Shown: positions 8,236 through 17,317 of the stretch, one piece after another
Layout of the letters: every line of letters starts with the position of its first letter
How positions within the stretch are numbered: position 1 is the stretch's first letter
From: Thermoflexia bacterium
GTDB taxonomy: Bacteria > Chloroflexota > Anaerolineae > B4-G1 > SLSP01
Assembly: GCA_011192175.1 (NCBI GenBank)
Contig: DUEJ01000002.1
Location: forward strand, 26 to 64,025
Direction: 5' to 3'
Length of the DNA stretch: 64,000 nt
Made by a program: the position numbers and the translations under genes
The notes under the pieces: generated by a model
The model's database searches: none
Told to the model about the DNA's origin: nothing
Seen by the model: only the letters and a program-made list of their open reading frames with translations

Positions 8236-10056
8236 TCAAGGCGACCAGGAGAGCCGTTGATCGTCCCAAGCCGGCATTTCAACCCCCAGGTCTAAGATAC
8301 GGCGCACGTTCTTGCCCTGAGTATCTGCCACGTAAATGGCCCATGTCCCGCCACGGTTGCTGACAAAAGCCACCCCACTGCCGTCAGGCGCCCAGGCGGG
8401 CAGACCCTCGTCAGAGGTCTCATAGGTGAACTGGGAGACACCGCCGTCAGGATTTAAGAGCATTACGTCCCAGTTGCCGGTGATGTTGGTCATGTAGGCC
8501 AGCAGGTTGCCGGCCGGTGACCAACTGACGGCGGTATCGTCCCTGCTATTGGTGAGGCGCGTGCCCGGTTGGTCATCATCCGGGTTATCGATGATGATGC
8601 CACATTGCTCCTCGCCAGTTTCGCAGCCGGTATAGGCTAATTGCCCGGTAGCGCTCCAGGCCGGTGACCAACCCGGAGCCAGGGCTTGAGGTTGCTCGCT
8701 GGCGTAGGTGTTCGCCAGGTAAATCGTCCAGACGCCCTGGGCATTTGGGGCCGCGTAGGCCATCCGTTGCCCGTCCGGGGAGAGGGTCGGCCAGGCGCGC
8801 CCGTCGGGGGAGGTTAGCTGTTGGGGAATTCCCTCCTCGGGCAAGACCATGGAGATGGTGGCGCTTGTGCGGTCGCGGTAGATCAGCCGGCCGGTGTTCT
8901 TTTCCCACCAGGGATGATCGGCGTTTTGGGCAACCGGCAGAATACGTCCGTTGGCATAGAGCGCGTAGAGGTCGTAGGTGGCGCGTGGGCTAGCGTAGAT
9001 GGGATAGGCCAGGCGTCCCACGGTGAAGCCGGGGATGGCCTGGGGGGTGAGCACCGGTTGCGCGCCCTCGCGCGGTACGGGGGTGGCTAAGAGACAGGTT
9101 TGCGCGGCAGTAGCGCGTTTGGCTTCCAACTCTGCGTCTTTTACCAGACGCAGGGCCTCCGAGTAAGCTATCTCAGCCGGACAGAACTCGCCTTCCTCTG
9201 CCAGCTGATCTCCATAGGCGACGTGCGCGCGGTAGAGGCGCGAGTAGACATCTTTGTAGTTGGGCGTTACGGCGCAAAGGTCTGCAAAGGCGGCGATGGC
9301 CTCTTCCCAATCCACGCCCCAGAAACCCAGCGCGGCCAGATAACGGGCGGCCAGATTGCGGCGGTTGACCAGATCCGCTTCTAAGGGACGTAAGGCGATG
9401 GCCTGATCTAAGTAGAAGATACCTTGCTCTAGATTGTCAGCCTCTAAATATGACTTGCCGGCATTGTAGAGGCTGGTAAAGAGCAGCTCTTCCACTTCTG
9501 CGGGACGATATTCCGCATCCAGCGCGCGCAACTGGGTCAAGGTGCTGGCCGCCGGGGACCATTCCTCCGCTTGGTAAGCGGTGGCAGCTTGCGTCCACAA
9601 CTGGGCTAATTGCTCTGCTTGTTGCTCGGCTAGCGATTGTTGGGCTGCGGAAGTGGGCGTCGGTTTGGCTGCCAGTCGGGAGTTACTCTCCGCCAACCCT
9701 TGCTGGGAGAGCGCGTGAGCCGCCTCTAACTTGAGTACATATTGAAAATTAGCTCGCGCCAGCTCATATTGCCCTGCATTGAGAGCCTGCACGCCGTTCT
9801 GATAATGTTTTTCCACGACGGCCTGCCGGGTGGCCTCCCGGTCACGTTCCCCAGAGTGTAACCCGAGGTAAGCGGAGCTGGCTAAGGAGCCAATCAGGAG
9901 TAGCAAGGCTATCGTTATCCACAATAGCTGGCGCACCCAGGGATGTCGCAGCTCGTCAGGTTTCTCTTCTTTGGGTGAAGCCAGAGAGTTGCCACACTCT
10001 GGGCAGGGCAGGCTGGCGGATGTTAGCTCGGCGCCGCAGCTAGGGCAAAGTTGCAT
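8236..10056 (-). CDS. membrane-anchored zinc-ribbon / TPR / TolB-type PD40 beta-propeller protein
   Basis: N-terminal CPSCG...CPECG, one TM helix and TPR-like repeats. C-terminal PD40 repeats are present (SPDGQRMAY, SWSPAGNLLAY, APDGSGVAFVSNRGG). Confidence 0.8.
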   Translation of the reverse strand: MQLCPSCGAELTSASLPCPECGNSLASPKEEKPDELRHPWVRQLLWITIALLLLIGSLASSAYLGLHSGERDREATRQAVVEKHYQNGVQALNAGQYELARANFQYVLKLEAAHALSQQGLAESNSRLAAKPTPTSAAQQSLAEQQAEQLAQLWTQAATAYQAEEWSPAASTLTQLRALDAEYRPAEVEELLFTSLYNAGKSYLEADNLEQGIFYLDQAIALRPLEADLVNRRNLAARYLAALGFWGVDWEEAIAAFADLCAVTPNYKDVYSRLYRAHVAYGDQLAEEGEFCPAEIAYSEALRLVKDAELEAKRATAAQTCLLATPVPREGAQPVLTPQAIPGFTVGRLAYPIYASPRATYDLYALYANGRILPVAQNADHPWWEKNTGRLIYRDRTSATISMVLPEEGIPQQLTSPDGRAWPTLSPDGQRMAYAAPNAQGVWTIYLANTYASEQPQALAPGWSPAWSATGQLAYTGCETGEEQCGIIIDNPDDDQPGTRLTNSRDDTAVSWSPAGNLLAYMTNITGNWDVMLLNPDGGVSQFTYETSDEGLPAWAPDGSGVAFVSNRGGTWAIYVADTQGKNVRRILDLGVEMPAWDDQRLSWSP

Positions 10057-10062
10057 GGTTTT

Positions 10063-11778
10063 CTAGTCCCATTGGAAGTCTTGCAGGGCTAGTCCCCCCA
10101 CGAACTCACGCAGGAGCGAATTTTCCGGCACTAACTTCATATCCGCTGGAGAGAACCATTGGAGGAAGGACAAGAGACGTTTGGCTTCCACCCGTTGGGG
10201 GAGAGAACGATCGACCTGTAGCAGCAGCGGTTCCACAAAAGGCTTCAGCACTGCCAGCTCGTAGACCAGAGCCGAGTTAAACATCAGATCAGCGTTTTCT
10301 TGATAAGGGAAGATGTACTCTTTCTCGCCCCGGCGCACACTATCCCAGCGAGAGAGGGTGTCCACGGCATCATAGCCGCGCGTGCGCGCATCCCGCACAA
10401 TGCGCCGGATAAGTCGGGTATCCGTGGTGGGTACCCGACTATGCCGATCTAGGTTCAGTTGGGTGAGAGCCGAGACGAAAATACGAAACGTGCTGGAGGT
10501 GGGGATTGAGGGGACCAGCTGGGGGTTTAGCCCATGGATCCCTTCCACAATGATAATATGCTCTGGCCGCAGCTGCACTACCTTACCTGGCTGGCGGCGG
10601 CCTTCCTTGAAATCAAAACGCGGTAACTGCACCTGCTCCCCGCGCATCAGGGCCTGCAGATGTTCGTTGAACAGTTCCACGTTCAATGCTGCCAGAGCCT
10701 CAAAATTGTACTCTCCGTCCTCATCCAGGGGGGTATCTTCGCGGTTAACAAAATAGTTGTCTAATTCCAACGCGAACGGGCGCAGTCCGTGGGCTAATAG
10801 TTGCACGGCTAACCGTTTGGAGAAAGTTGTCTTTCCGGATGAGGATGGGCCAGCGATCAGCACTAAGCGCACCTGGCTGCGCCGCGAAAAGATTTCCTGC
10901 GCAATAGCGGCTATTCGCTGTTCATGCAATGCCTCAGAGATCAAAATAATCCGCCGTAATTTATTTTCTTGGATATGAGCGTTCAATTCGCTCACATTTT
11001 CTACTCCCAGCAGACGAAGCCAATGCCCATATTCACGAAAAACGCTCAATAATTGCGGCGAACGACGGAGTTCCTGAAGAAGGGTAGGCTCGTGACGGCG
11101 CGGGAATTGGAGGATCAGGCCATTGCTCCAGCGCAAGAGCCGGTAATAACGGAGGTGTCCGGTGGAGGGGACCATGTAACCGTGGAAGTAGTCCCGGTAG
11201 CCGGTTAGATTGTACATGCGTAGAGTGTTTTTGTAGCTGTCCTGGGCCCGGGGCTGAAAGAGGGCGACCTTGTCTAGCTCCCCACGCTGCCGAAAAATTT
11301 CCAGGGCTTCCTCAATGGGGGTTGGCTCACGGTGGATGGGCAGATCTGCCGCTATTAAACGTTGCATTTCTATTTCCAGGTTTTTGATCTGAGCAGCGGT
11401 CAGTGCGGGATGCTCCCGTATCTCACAGAAATAACCGCCAAAGGGGAGCGAGTAATCAATAAAGAGTTCTATCTCTGGAAAGAGGTTATGCCAAGCCGTC
11501 ATAAAGACGAAGGCCAATGACCGCCGGTAGATGCGCACCCCATCAGAGTCAGAGAGGTCAATCGGGGTAACAGCACAATCACGCTCAACTTCGGTTACTA
11601 ATTCGCTGAGGCGTCCGTCTACCAGTGCCGCCATCAAGGGAACTTCGCGCTCCGGATAAGCGTGTTGTAGAAATAGCTTCAGTGACGTTCCCCAAGGGCC
11701 CTCGAAAGTACGTCCATCCGGCAAAGTTATCTGCACGCTTTTGCGCGGCATCACTTCTTTGATCTGATCTTCTCTCAT
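10063..11778 (-). CDS. TGS-like domain + uridine kinase/phosphoribulokinase-family P-loop kinase
   Basis: P-loop LIAGPSSSGKTTFSKRL and a ubiquitin-like N-terminus (VQITLPDGRTFEG). ATG 11778 is preceded by GGAGGG; the track start at 11793 is a GTG inside that RBS. Confidence 0.8.
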   Translation of the reverse strand: MREDQIKEVMPRKSVQITLPDGRTFEGPWGTSLKLFLQHAYPEREVPLMAALVDGRLSELVTEVERDCAVTPIDLSDSDGVRIYRRSLAFVFMTAWHNLFPEIELFIDYSLPFGGYFCEIREHPALTAAQIKNLEIEMQRLIAADLPIHREPTPIEEALEIFRQRGELDKVALFQPRAQDSYKNTLRMYNLTGYRDYFHGYMVPSTGHLRYYRLLRWSNGLILQFPRRHEPTLLQELRRSPQLLSVFREYGHWLRLLGVENVSELNAHIQENKLRRIILISEALHEQRIAAIAQEIFSRRSQVRLVLIAGPSSSGKTTFSKRLAVQLLAHGLRPFALELDNYFVNREDTPLDEDGEYNFEALAALNVELFNEHLQALMRGEQVQLPRFDFKEGRRQPGKVVQLRPEHIIIVEGIHGLNPQLVPSIPTSSTFRIFVSALTQLNLDRHSRVPTTDTRLIRRIVRDARTRGYDAVDTLSRWDSVRRGEKEYIFPYQENADLMFNSALVYELAVLKPFVEPLLLQVDRSLPQRVEAKRLLSFLQWFSPADMKLVPENSLLREFVGGLALQDFQWD

Positions 11779-11963
11779 CGTACTTCCCTCCACCTGAATT
11801 TTCGCTTCTCTAAAATATAGCAGAGAGGCAGTATACTCAGTTTGGTCGGTTTGTAAAGTTCAGGTCGTCTAACTGCTTGAATTCTTCTTGGCAGGCCAAA
11901 AGACGGTGCTATAATCACTAAATAATATTTTATCCCAGACGAGTAAGTGAGTGGAGGTAGCAA

Positions 11964-12638
11964 ATGGGAGCGGCTCGAGCGCGTACAACTAATCGAAAGC
12001 AAGCAGCAGAAATCTATCAAGAGGCGCTGGTCGCCTATCGGCGCTGGGATGTGGATAAGGCGGTGGAGAAGCTACAATCTGCGGTGCAACTCATGCCCAG
12101 CGAGGCTGCCTATCACATGAATTTGGCCCAAGCGTTGGCGCGCGCCGGTGATTTTGATCGGGCGTTGCGAGCGTTGGCTAATTATCTGCGTTTGGCGCCT
12201 AATTCGGAGGTTGCAGAGCGCGTCGAACAGCTATTTGCCAGCGGAATGGACCCGGTGGAAGAAGTGCTGACCGAGCAGATGCAAGCCGCAAGTTTACCAT
12301 TGGATGTTATTGGCTCCGCTATCCAAATGTGGATGGAGTACCGCATCACGTTAGGGGAGGAGCTCTTGCGTATCCCCAAACCGGCGACTTGGGCCGCAGC
12401 GGTGGATTATACCACCCGCAAGGTCAATCTGCACGAGATCTCGTTGGATAAAATCAGTACGGCGTATGGAATTTCGACTCAGACACTCCGCGAGCATCAC
12501 CAACAGTTGACGCAGCGGTTGGATATTATGCCCTGCGATTATCGGTACTTCACCGGTACTGAGAATCCGCTAGATAAGTTGGTGGAGGCGGCGGAGATGT
12601 TAGAACGGTTGGAGCAACGTTTCCGGCAAGAAAATTAG
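11964..12638 (+). CDS. TPR-repeat protein with possible C-terminal HTH, unknown function
   Basis: TPR-like helices (AAYHMNLAQALARAGDFDRALRALANYLRLAP), then ISLDKISTAYGISTQTLREHHQQL. Confidence 0.6.
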   Translation: MGAARARTTNRKQAAEIYQEALVAYRRWDVDKAVEKLQSAVQLMPSEAAYHMNLAQALARAGDFDRALRALANYLRLAPNSEVAERVEQLFASGMDPVEEVLTEQMQAASLPLDVIGSAIQMWMEYRITLGEELLRIPKPATWAAAVDYTTRKVNLHEISLDKISTAYGISTQTLREHHQQLTQRLDIMPCDYRYFTGTENPLDKLVEAAEMLERLEQRFRQEN

Positions 12639-12661
12639 GTAAAAAGATAGTACCCACTGCG

Positions 12662-12692
12662 GCGGGAGCTTGTAAACGAGCTCCCGCTTTTT
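12662..12692 (+). terminator. intrinsic terminator
   Basis: gcgggagc ... gctcccgc stem followed by TTTTT. Confidence 0.7.
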
Positions 12693-12716
12693 AGTTTTCT
12701 GACGAGGTGATAGCCG

Positions 12717-13628
12717 ATGGTTAACCCCGCAAACATTAGCTTTCTTACCAGGCAAGAGATTATAAACTACGGAACCGCGCAACTGCGCTCTGCGACAGCC
12801 GCGCCGCGCCGGGAGGCGGAGCTGTTGTTAGCTCATCTTTTACATTGCCAACGTCTCTCCTTGCTAACTTATCCAGAGCATGCGCTTACCTCGGCAGAGG
12901 CGCAGAACTACAATGAGTTGTTGCGCCGGCGGGTAGCTGGCGAGCCGCTCCCCTACATCACCGGCAAAATGGAGTTCTACGGCCTCGATTTTGCCGTGAC
13001 TCCGGCGGTGCTTATTCCGCGCCCGGAGACGGAGCTGTTGGTTGACGAGGCGTTGGCGTGGCTAGATATACATCCATGCCAGCGGGCGGTGGAGGTGGGC
13101 ACCGGCTCCGGCTGCATTGCTACCACGCTGGCCGTGCGCGCTCCAGCGCTCCGGCTGACGGCCACGGATATCTCCCCGTCCGCGCTCCAGGTGGCGCGCG
13201 CTAATGCGGCGCGCCACGGAGTCACGGGACGGCTTAGTTTCGTGCAAGGCGATTTGCTGGCACCGTTGGCCGGGCCGTTGGAACTCTTGTTGAGCAATCC
13301 CCCCTACGTGGCGACGTATGAGTGGGATCTGTTGCCGGTATCAGTGCGCGAGGAACCGCATATAGCGTTACTTGCCGGCCCTCAAGGGCTGGATACTATC
13401 CACAGGTTGTTAGCACAGGCATCAACGCGGCTGCGACCGGGGGGCTTGCTCCTGGTGGAATTTGGGGAGCGACAAGGCAATGCCGTCCGCACGTTGGCGC
13501 GGGAGACCTTCCCGGCGGCCCAGGTAGAGATAAAACGCGACTTGGCAGGGAGAGAACGCTTGCTGCGAGTAGAGCGAGTGAGCGAGAAGGCGAGAAGGCG
13601 AGTAAGCGAGAAGAGAGTTCGCCGCTAA
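12717..13628 (+). CDS. prmC: peptide chain release factor N5-glutamine methyltransferase
   Basis: SAM motif VEVGTGSGCIA and NPPY motif LLLSNPPYV. The last ~17 codons (ERVSEKARRRVSEKRVRR) are encoded by an 8-nt repeat array. Confidence 0.9.
   Translation: MVNPANISFLTRQEIINYGTAQLRSATAAPRREAELLLAHLLHCQRLSLLTYPEHALTSAEAQNYNELLRRRVAGEPLPYITGKMEFYGLDFAVTPAVLIPRPETELLVDEALAWLDIHPCQRAVEVGTGSGCIATTLAVRAPALRLTATDISPSALQVARANAARHGVTGRLSFVQGDLLAPLAGPLELLLSNPPYVATYEWDLLPVSVREEPHIALLAGPQGLDTIHRLLAQASTRLRPGGLLLVEFGERQGNAVRTLARETFPAAQVEIKRDLAGRERLLRVERVSEKARRRVSEKRVRR
13572..13617. repeat. 8-nt periodic array (GAGCGAGA-type) x5-6
   Basis: Reads gagcgagt gagcgaga aggcgaga aggcgagt aagcgaga agagag; GCGAG recurs exactly every 8 nt. 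Confidence 0.85.
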
Positions 13629-13726
13629 GACGCAAAGCCGTTAAGTAAAAAAATTAGTTTCCTGAAGGTTAATTTTCAAATCTTTGCGCCTTCGCACCTT
13701 TGCGGTGAAATTCATGGTTTTTTCAG
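13620..13726. repeat. ~100-nt dispersed intergenic repeat, copy 1 (second copy at 60331-60420)
   Basis: Shared blocks with copy 2: CGCCGCTAAGACGC, AAAAA(T)TTAGTTTYCTGAAGRTTAA, ATCTTTGYGCC, TTTGYGG, GGTTTTTTCAG. The prmC stop codon lies inside the repeat. Confidence 0.75.
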
Positions 13727-13762
13727 GTGAAGCCGCCAGCCCCTTGCCTCTTGTCCTCCTGT

Positions 13763-15058
13763 CTACTGCTCAACCGCCTCTCCCCGCGTCACGCCTAACA
13801 TGCAGAGGAAGGCGATTAAAAAGAAGGCCGGCGCGACCAGGAAGATTAGGTTGTAATCACCGCCGCCCCATTCCACGATATAGCCGTTGGTGATGGGGCC
13901 GACGACGGCGGCCAGCTGTGAGGCGAGGTAGTAAAGGCCGGTGTAAGTGCCTAAGTCGGCATTGGAGGCGGCGGTATCAACGACCATAGGAAGCGAGTTG
14001 ATATTGATCAGCGCCCAGGCAATTCCGCCAACGATCAAGACGACCCAGATCAACGTGGCATTGCGGATAAAGTAGTGGGCTAGCAGCAGTGTGCAGAAAA
14101 TAATCAGTCCCGCCATGATGGTTTTGCGGCGTCCCAGCCGCCCCGATAGATAGCCGGCCGGTACGGCGAAGGCTAAGGAGGCGAGCGCCACGGCGCCAGT
14201 TAGAAGCGGGGCTTGTCCCGTGCTCATCCCTAGCTCGCTGACGCCGTAAGAGGAGAGGAAGGTCTCTAAGGCGTTATACCCCACAAACCAGCAGAAAATC
14301 GCCAGCATCAGGAATCCTAGGCTGCGGCGAGCTTCCGGGGAGATGCGCTTGATGCCGCGCAGTGCGTCCCAGCCCTCTTCTTCCGATCCCGAGGTGGCCT
14401 CAAAGGTTTGGCGTTCCTTGATAAAGATGAAGAGAAGCAAGATCGCCACTATCATCAGCCCGCCGCCGAAGATAAAAGGTGAGATGCGTCCCATCTGGTA
14501 AAGGGTATTGCTACCCAACGTGGCGACGAGAGCTCCCATACCGCCCATCAGGTTGATAATGCCGTTGGCCTGCGAACGCAACGGGCTGGGGGTGAGATCC
14601 GGCATCAGAGCGACGACGGGGGTGCGGAAGCCGGCCATCGCCAGCAAGAAGACGCCCACGGCCACCATAAATAGGGATAGTTGCGTGCTTAACTCCCCGG
14701 CTTGGCCGCTCAATTCTGGCGGGATCATACCGACGGTTAGGGGGATGAGGATGAAGGCGAGGATAGAGATGGGAGCGAGAACTAGAATGAAAGGCATCCG
14801 CCGTCCCCAGCGGGTCCAGACGCGGTCGGACCAAATGCCGATCAGCGGGAGGAGAAAGAAGGCAGCGACATTATCTAAGGTCATAATGACCCCGGTTAGC
14901 CCGGCTCCAAAGCCGAACCCTAGTTCGCCAGGGGCCTCGAAGTTGGGATTGCCGGCTTGTAAGAAGATGGGCACGTAGGCATTGTAAAGCGTCCATAATA
15001 CACTGGTACCGAAAAACCCAAAGCCGATGAGAAAAGTGCGTTTGTAATTCAATTTCAT
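13763..15058 (-). CDS. MFS-type (sugar/GPH-like) transporter
   Basis: 431 aa, about 12 hydrophobic helices, with a central charged loop (KERQTFEATSGSEEEG). Confidence 0.8.
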   Translation of the reverse strand: MKLNYKRTFLIGFGFFGTSVLWTLYNAYVPIFLQAGNPNFEAPGELGFGFGAGLTGVIMTLDNVAAFFLLPLIGIWSDRVWTRWGRRMPFILVLAPISILAFILIPLTVGMIPPELSGQAGELSTQLSLFMVAVGVFLLAMAGFRTPVVALMPDLTPSPLRSQANGIINLMGGMGALVATLGSNTLYQMGRISPFIFGGGLMIVAILLLFIFIKERQTFEATSGSEEEGWDALRGIKRISPEARRSLGFLMLAIFCWFVGYNALETFLSSYGVSELGMSTGQAPLLTGAVALASLAFAVPAGYLSGRLGRRKTIMAGLIIFCTLLLAHYFIRNATLIWVVLIVGGIAWALININSLPMVVDTAASNADLGTYTGLYYLASQLAAVVGPITNGYIVEWGGGDYNLIFLVAPAFFLIAFLCMLGVTRGEAVEQ

Positions 15059-15186
15059 GGATAACCCTCCAGGGTAAATGATAATTAGTAGAGTTTAGCA
15101 TAGATTTAGGAGACGAGAAACGCGCAAAGTGACAAATCAGCAAATTGCAAATGGCGAATGGCATTCCCCCCCCTCTGCTGATCATC

Positions 15187-15266
15187 GGTCTACTATTTAC
15201 TGGCTACTGTCTCTTCCCCACTTCCTCGCTTTCTCGCCTTCTCGCCTTTTCGCTCTCTTGCTCCTC
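15187..15266. repeat. mixed 7-nt then 8-nt periodic array
   Basis: Reads tctacta tttactg gctactg tctcttc ... cttcctcg ctttctcg ccttctcg ccttttcg ctctcttg. A further caaat-type array lies at 15131-15163. Confidence 0.75.
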
Positions 15267-15320
15267 ACAATGCTTCTGGTATCATACCGCCACTAACAGC
15301 CTGGAGAGGAGTCCCCATCC

Positions 15321-16202
15321 ATGAACCAACTTGCAGCCTTATTCAAGACCATGCGCCCCAAACAGTGGACGAAGAATGTGTTACTCTTCGCCGCGCTCGC
15401 CTTTGACGTGAAGATCTTCAATCCCTATTACCTAGGGCGGAGCATATTCGGGTTTTTGCTCTTCTGCCTGGTCTCCGGCGTGGTTTACACGCTCAATGAT
15501 CTGGTGGATATTGAGAAAGATCGCCAACATCCACGCAAACAACAGCGTCCTCTCCCTGCTGGCACATTGCACCCGAAATTTGCGCGTAACGGGGCAGTGC
15601 TCATCGCCTTGCTGGCGCTCGTTTTAGGAGTGTTGCTCTCGCCCCGTTTTGCGCTCATCTTAGTTGGGTATTTGGGACTGCAATTGACCTACTCCTTTTA
15701 TCTAAAAAATATCGTCTTGTTGGACGTGATGGCAATTGCGGCTGGCTTTGTGCTGCGTGTGGCGGGAGGCGCGCCCCTGGTGGACGCGGAGAACTTCTCG
15801 CCCTGGCTCTACCTCTGCACGACGCTGTTGGCGCTCTTCTTGGCCCTGGGCAAACGGCGCGGTGAGAAGATGCTCTTGGGCGCGGAGGCTGGCAATCACC
15901 GGGAGAGTCTCAGGCAGTACACTTTGCCGCTCTTGGATGAGTTGATCAGCCTGGTGACATCCTCCACCATCTTGGCTTACGCGCTCTACACCTTCTCGGC
16001 CCCTAACCTCCCGCAGAACCACCTGATGATGCTGACAATTCCTTTCGTCATCTATGGCCTCTTCCGCTATCTCTATCTGGTACACTCCGAGGGGGTGACA
16101 TTGGCCCCGGATGAGGTTCTGCTGACCGACCGTCCCCTCCAGGTGGATATTCTGCTCTGGGGAGTGCTAGCAATGGCGATCTTGTATCTGGGGGTAGGCT
16201 AA
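15321..16202 (+). CDS. UbiA-family prenyltransferase, decaprenyl-phosphate phosphoribosyltransferase-like subgroup
   Basis: Motif YTLNDLVDIEKDRQHPRKQQRPLPAG (NDxxDxxxD), about 8 TM helices, and N-terminal RPKQWTKN. Confidence 0.8.
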   Translation: MNQLAALFKTMRPKQWTKNVLLFAALAFDVKIFNPYYLGRSIFGFLLFCLVSGVVYTLNDLVDIEKDRQHPRKQQRPLPAGTLHPKFARNGAVLIALLALVLGVLLSPRFALILVGYLGLQLTYSFYLKNIVLLDVMAIAAGFVLRVAGGAPLVDAENFSPWLYLCTTLLALFLALGKRRGEKMLLGAEAGNHRESLRQYTLPLLDELISLVTSSTILAYALYTFSAPNLPQNHLMMLTIPFVIYGLFRYLYLVHSEGVTLAPDEVLLTDRPLQVDILLWGVLAMAILYLGVG

Positions 16203-16212
16203 CAGCCAATCA

Positions 16213-16254
16213 CTAACGGCTAACCGCTAATCACCAACCGCTAGCAACCTAAAT
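16213..16254. repeat. 7-nt periodic array (CTAACNN)x6
   Basis: Reads ctaacgg ctaaccg ctaatca ccaaccg ctagcaa cctaaat, just after the stop of the UbiA-family gene. Confidence 0.75.
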
Positions 16255-16295
16255 TCCGTGTCCTCTGCGGCAAACCCTTTCAATAGGAGTATCAT

Positions 16296-17252
16296 ATGCT
16301 TGAACGTTCGGCGCCGGGCAAGGTGATTCTCTGCGGGGAACATAGCGTGGTTTATGGCCGCCCCGCGATTGCCGTGCCGGTGGCTGGATTGCGGGCGCGA
16401 GCGCAGATAGAGCCGGTGCACGGAGATTTACGCATCGTCGCCGCCGACTTGGGCGAGGAGTTTTGGCTACGTAACGCTCCCGTTAAGCAGCCGCTGGCCG
16501 CCATTGCGCGGCTCACGTTGGCGCGGCTGGACGCCGCTGAACCAGACGCGCGGCTCACCGTGCGTTCCGAGCTGCCTATCGCCGCCGGGCTGGGAAGCGG
16601 GGCCGCCGTCTCCGTAGCCGTGGCGCGCGCGCTGGCGGCTTTTCTGGGGCACAAGTTGGATGCTGAAGCGGCCAGTGCGCTGGCCTACGAGGTGGAGAAG
16701 ATTCACCACGGGACGCCCAGTGGGATCGACAATACCGTGATAGCGTGGGAGCAGCCGGTCTACTTTATCAAGGGCGCTGCGCCGGAAATCTTCACCATCG
16801 GCGCGCCGTTTTGGCTGCTCATCGCCAACAGCGGCATCCCCAGTTCAACCCGCGCGGCGGTGCAGCGAGTGCGCCAACGTCGCGCCGCGGAGCGCGCTTG
16901 CTACACAGCCTACTTCGCGCGGATGGGGCAGCTCGCGGATAAGGCGCGCCGGGTTATCTCGGCTGGCGACATCACCGTGTTAGGCCCGCTCTTGGATAAG
17001 AACCACACGCTCTTGCGCCAGCTCGGAGTCTCACTGCCTGCGCTAGATCGCCTGGTGGCCTCGGCGCGCGCGGCGGGCGCGCTGGGCGCGAAACTGACCG
17101 GCGGTGGGATGGGCGGCAACGTCATCGCGTTGGTGCGCGTGGAGCAGAAAGCCGCGGTAGCCGAGGCTTTACGTCAAGCCGGCGCGGTGCAGGTCTGGGA
17201 AACGTTGGTGAAAAATGAAAATGGGACGCAGATGAACGCTGATGGACGCTGA
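16296..17252 (+). CDS. mvk: mevalonate kinase (GHMP family)
   Basis: APGKVILCGEHSVVYG plus the GHMP motif PIAAGLGSGAAVSVAVA. The C-terminal tail (NENGTQMNADGR) is encoded by a dispersed hairpin element. Confidence 0.85.
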   Translation: MLERSAPGKVILCGEHSVVYGRPAIAVPVAGLRARAQIEPVHGDLRIVAADLGEEFWLRNAPVKQPLAAIARLTLARLDAAEPDARLTVRSELPIAAGLGSGAAVSVAVARALAAFLGHKLDAEAASALAYEVEKIHHGTPSGIDNTVIAWEQPVYFIKGAAPEIFTIGAPFWLLIANSGIPSSTRAAVQRVRQRRAAERACYTAYFARMGQLADKARRVISAGDITVLGPLLDKNHTLLRQLGVSLPALDRLVASARAAGALGAKLTGGGMGGNVIALVRVEQKAAVAEALRQAGAVQVWETLVKNENGTQMNADGR

Positions 17253-17289
17253 TAAAAAAATCTGCGTTTTTCTGCGCACATCTGCGTCC
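17224..17289. repeat. hairpin-type dispersed element, copy A (copy B at 38623-38692)
   Basis: ggacgcagatgaac...gctgat...atctgcg...tctgcgcACATCTGCGTCC. The termini ggacgcagatg and catctgcgtcc are exact reverse complements. Confidence 0.8.
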
Positions 17290-17317
17290 AAATCAGGAAA
17301 AATAATGGAGCTGGGCT

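Noticed and set aside
13572-13617. Could the short tandem arrays be CRISPR arrays?
   Set aside because: The units are 7-8 nt and directly abutting, with no spacers. Repeats are far shorter than CRISPR repeats, and no cas genes are in the window.
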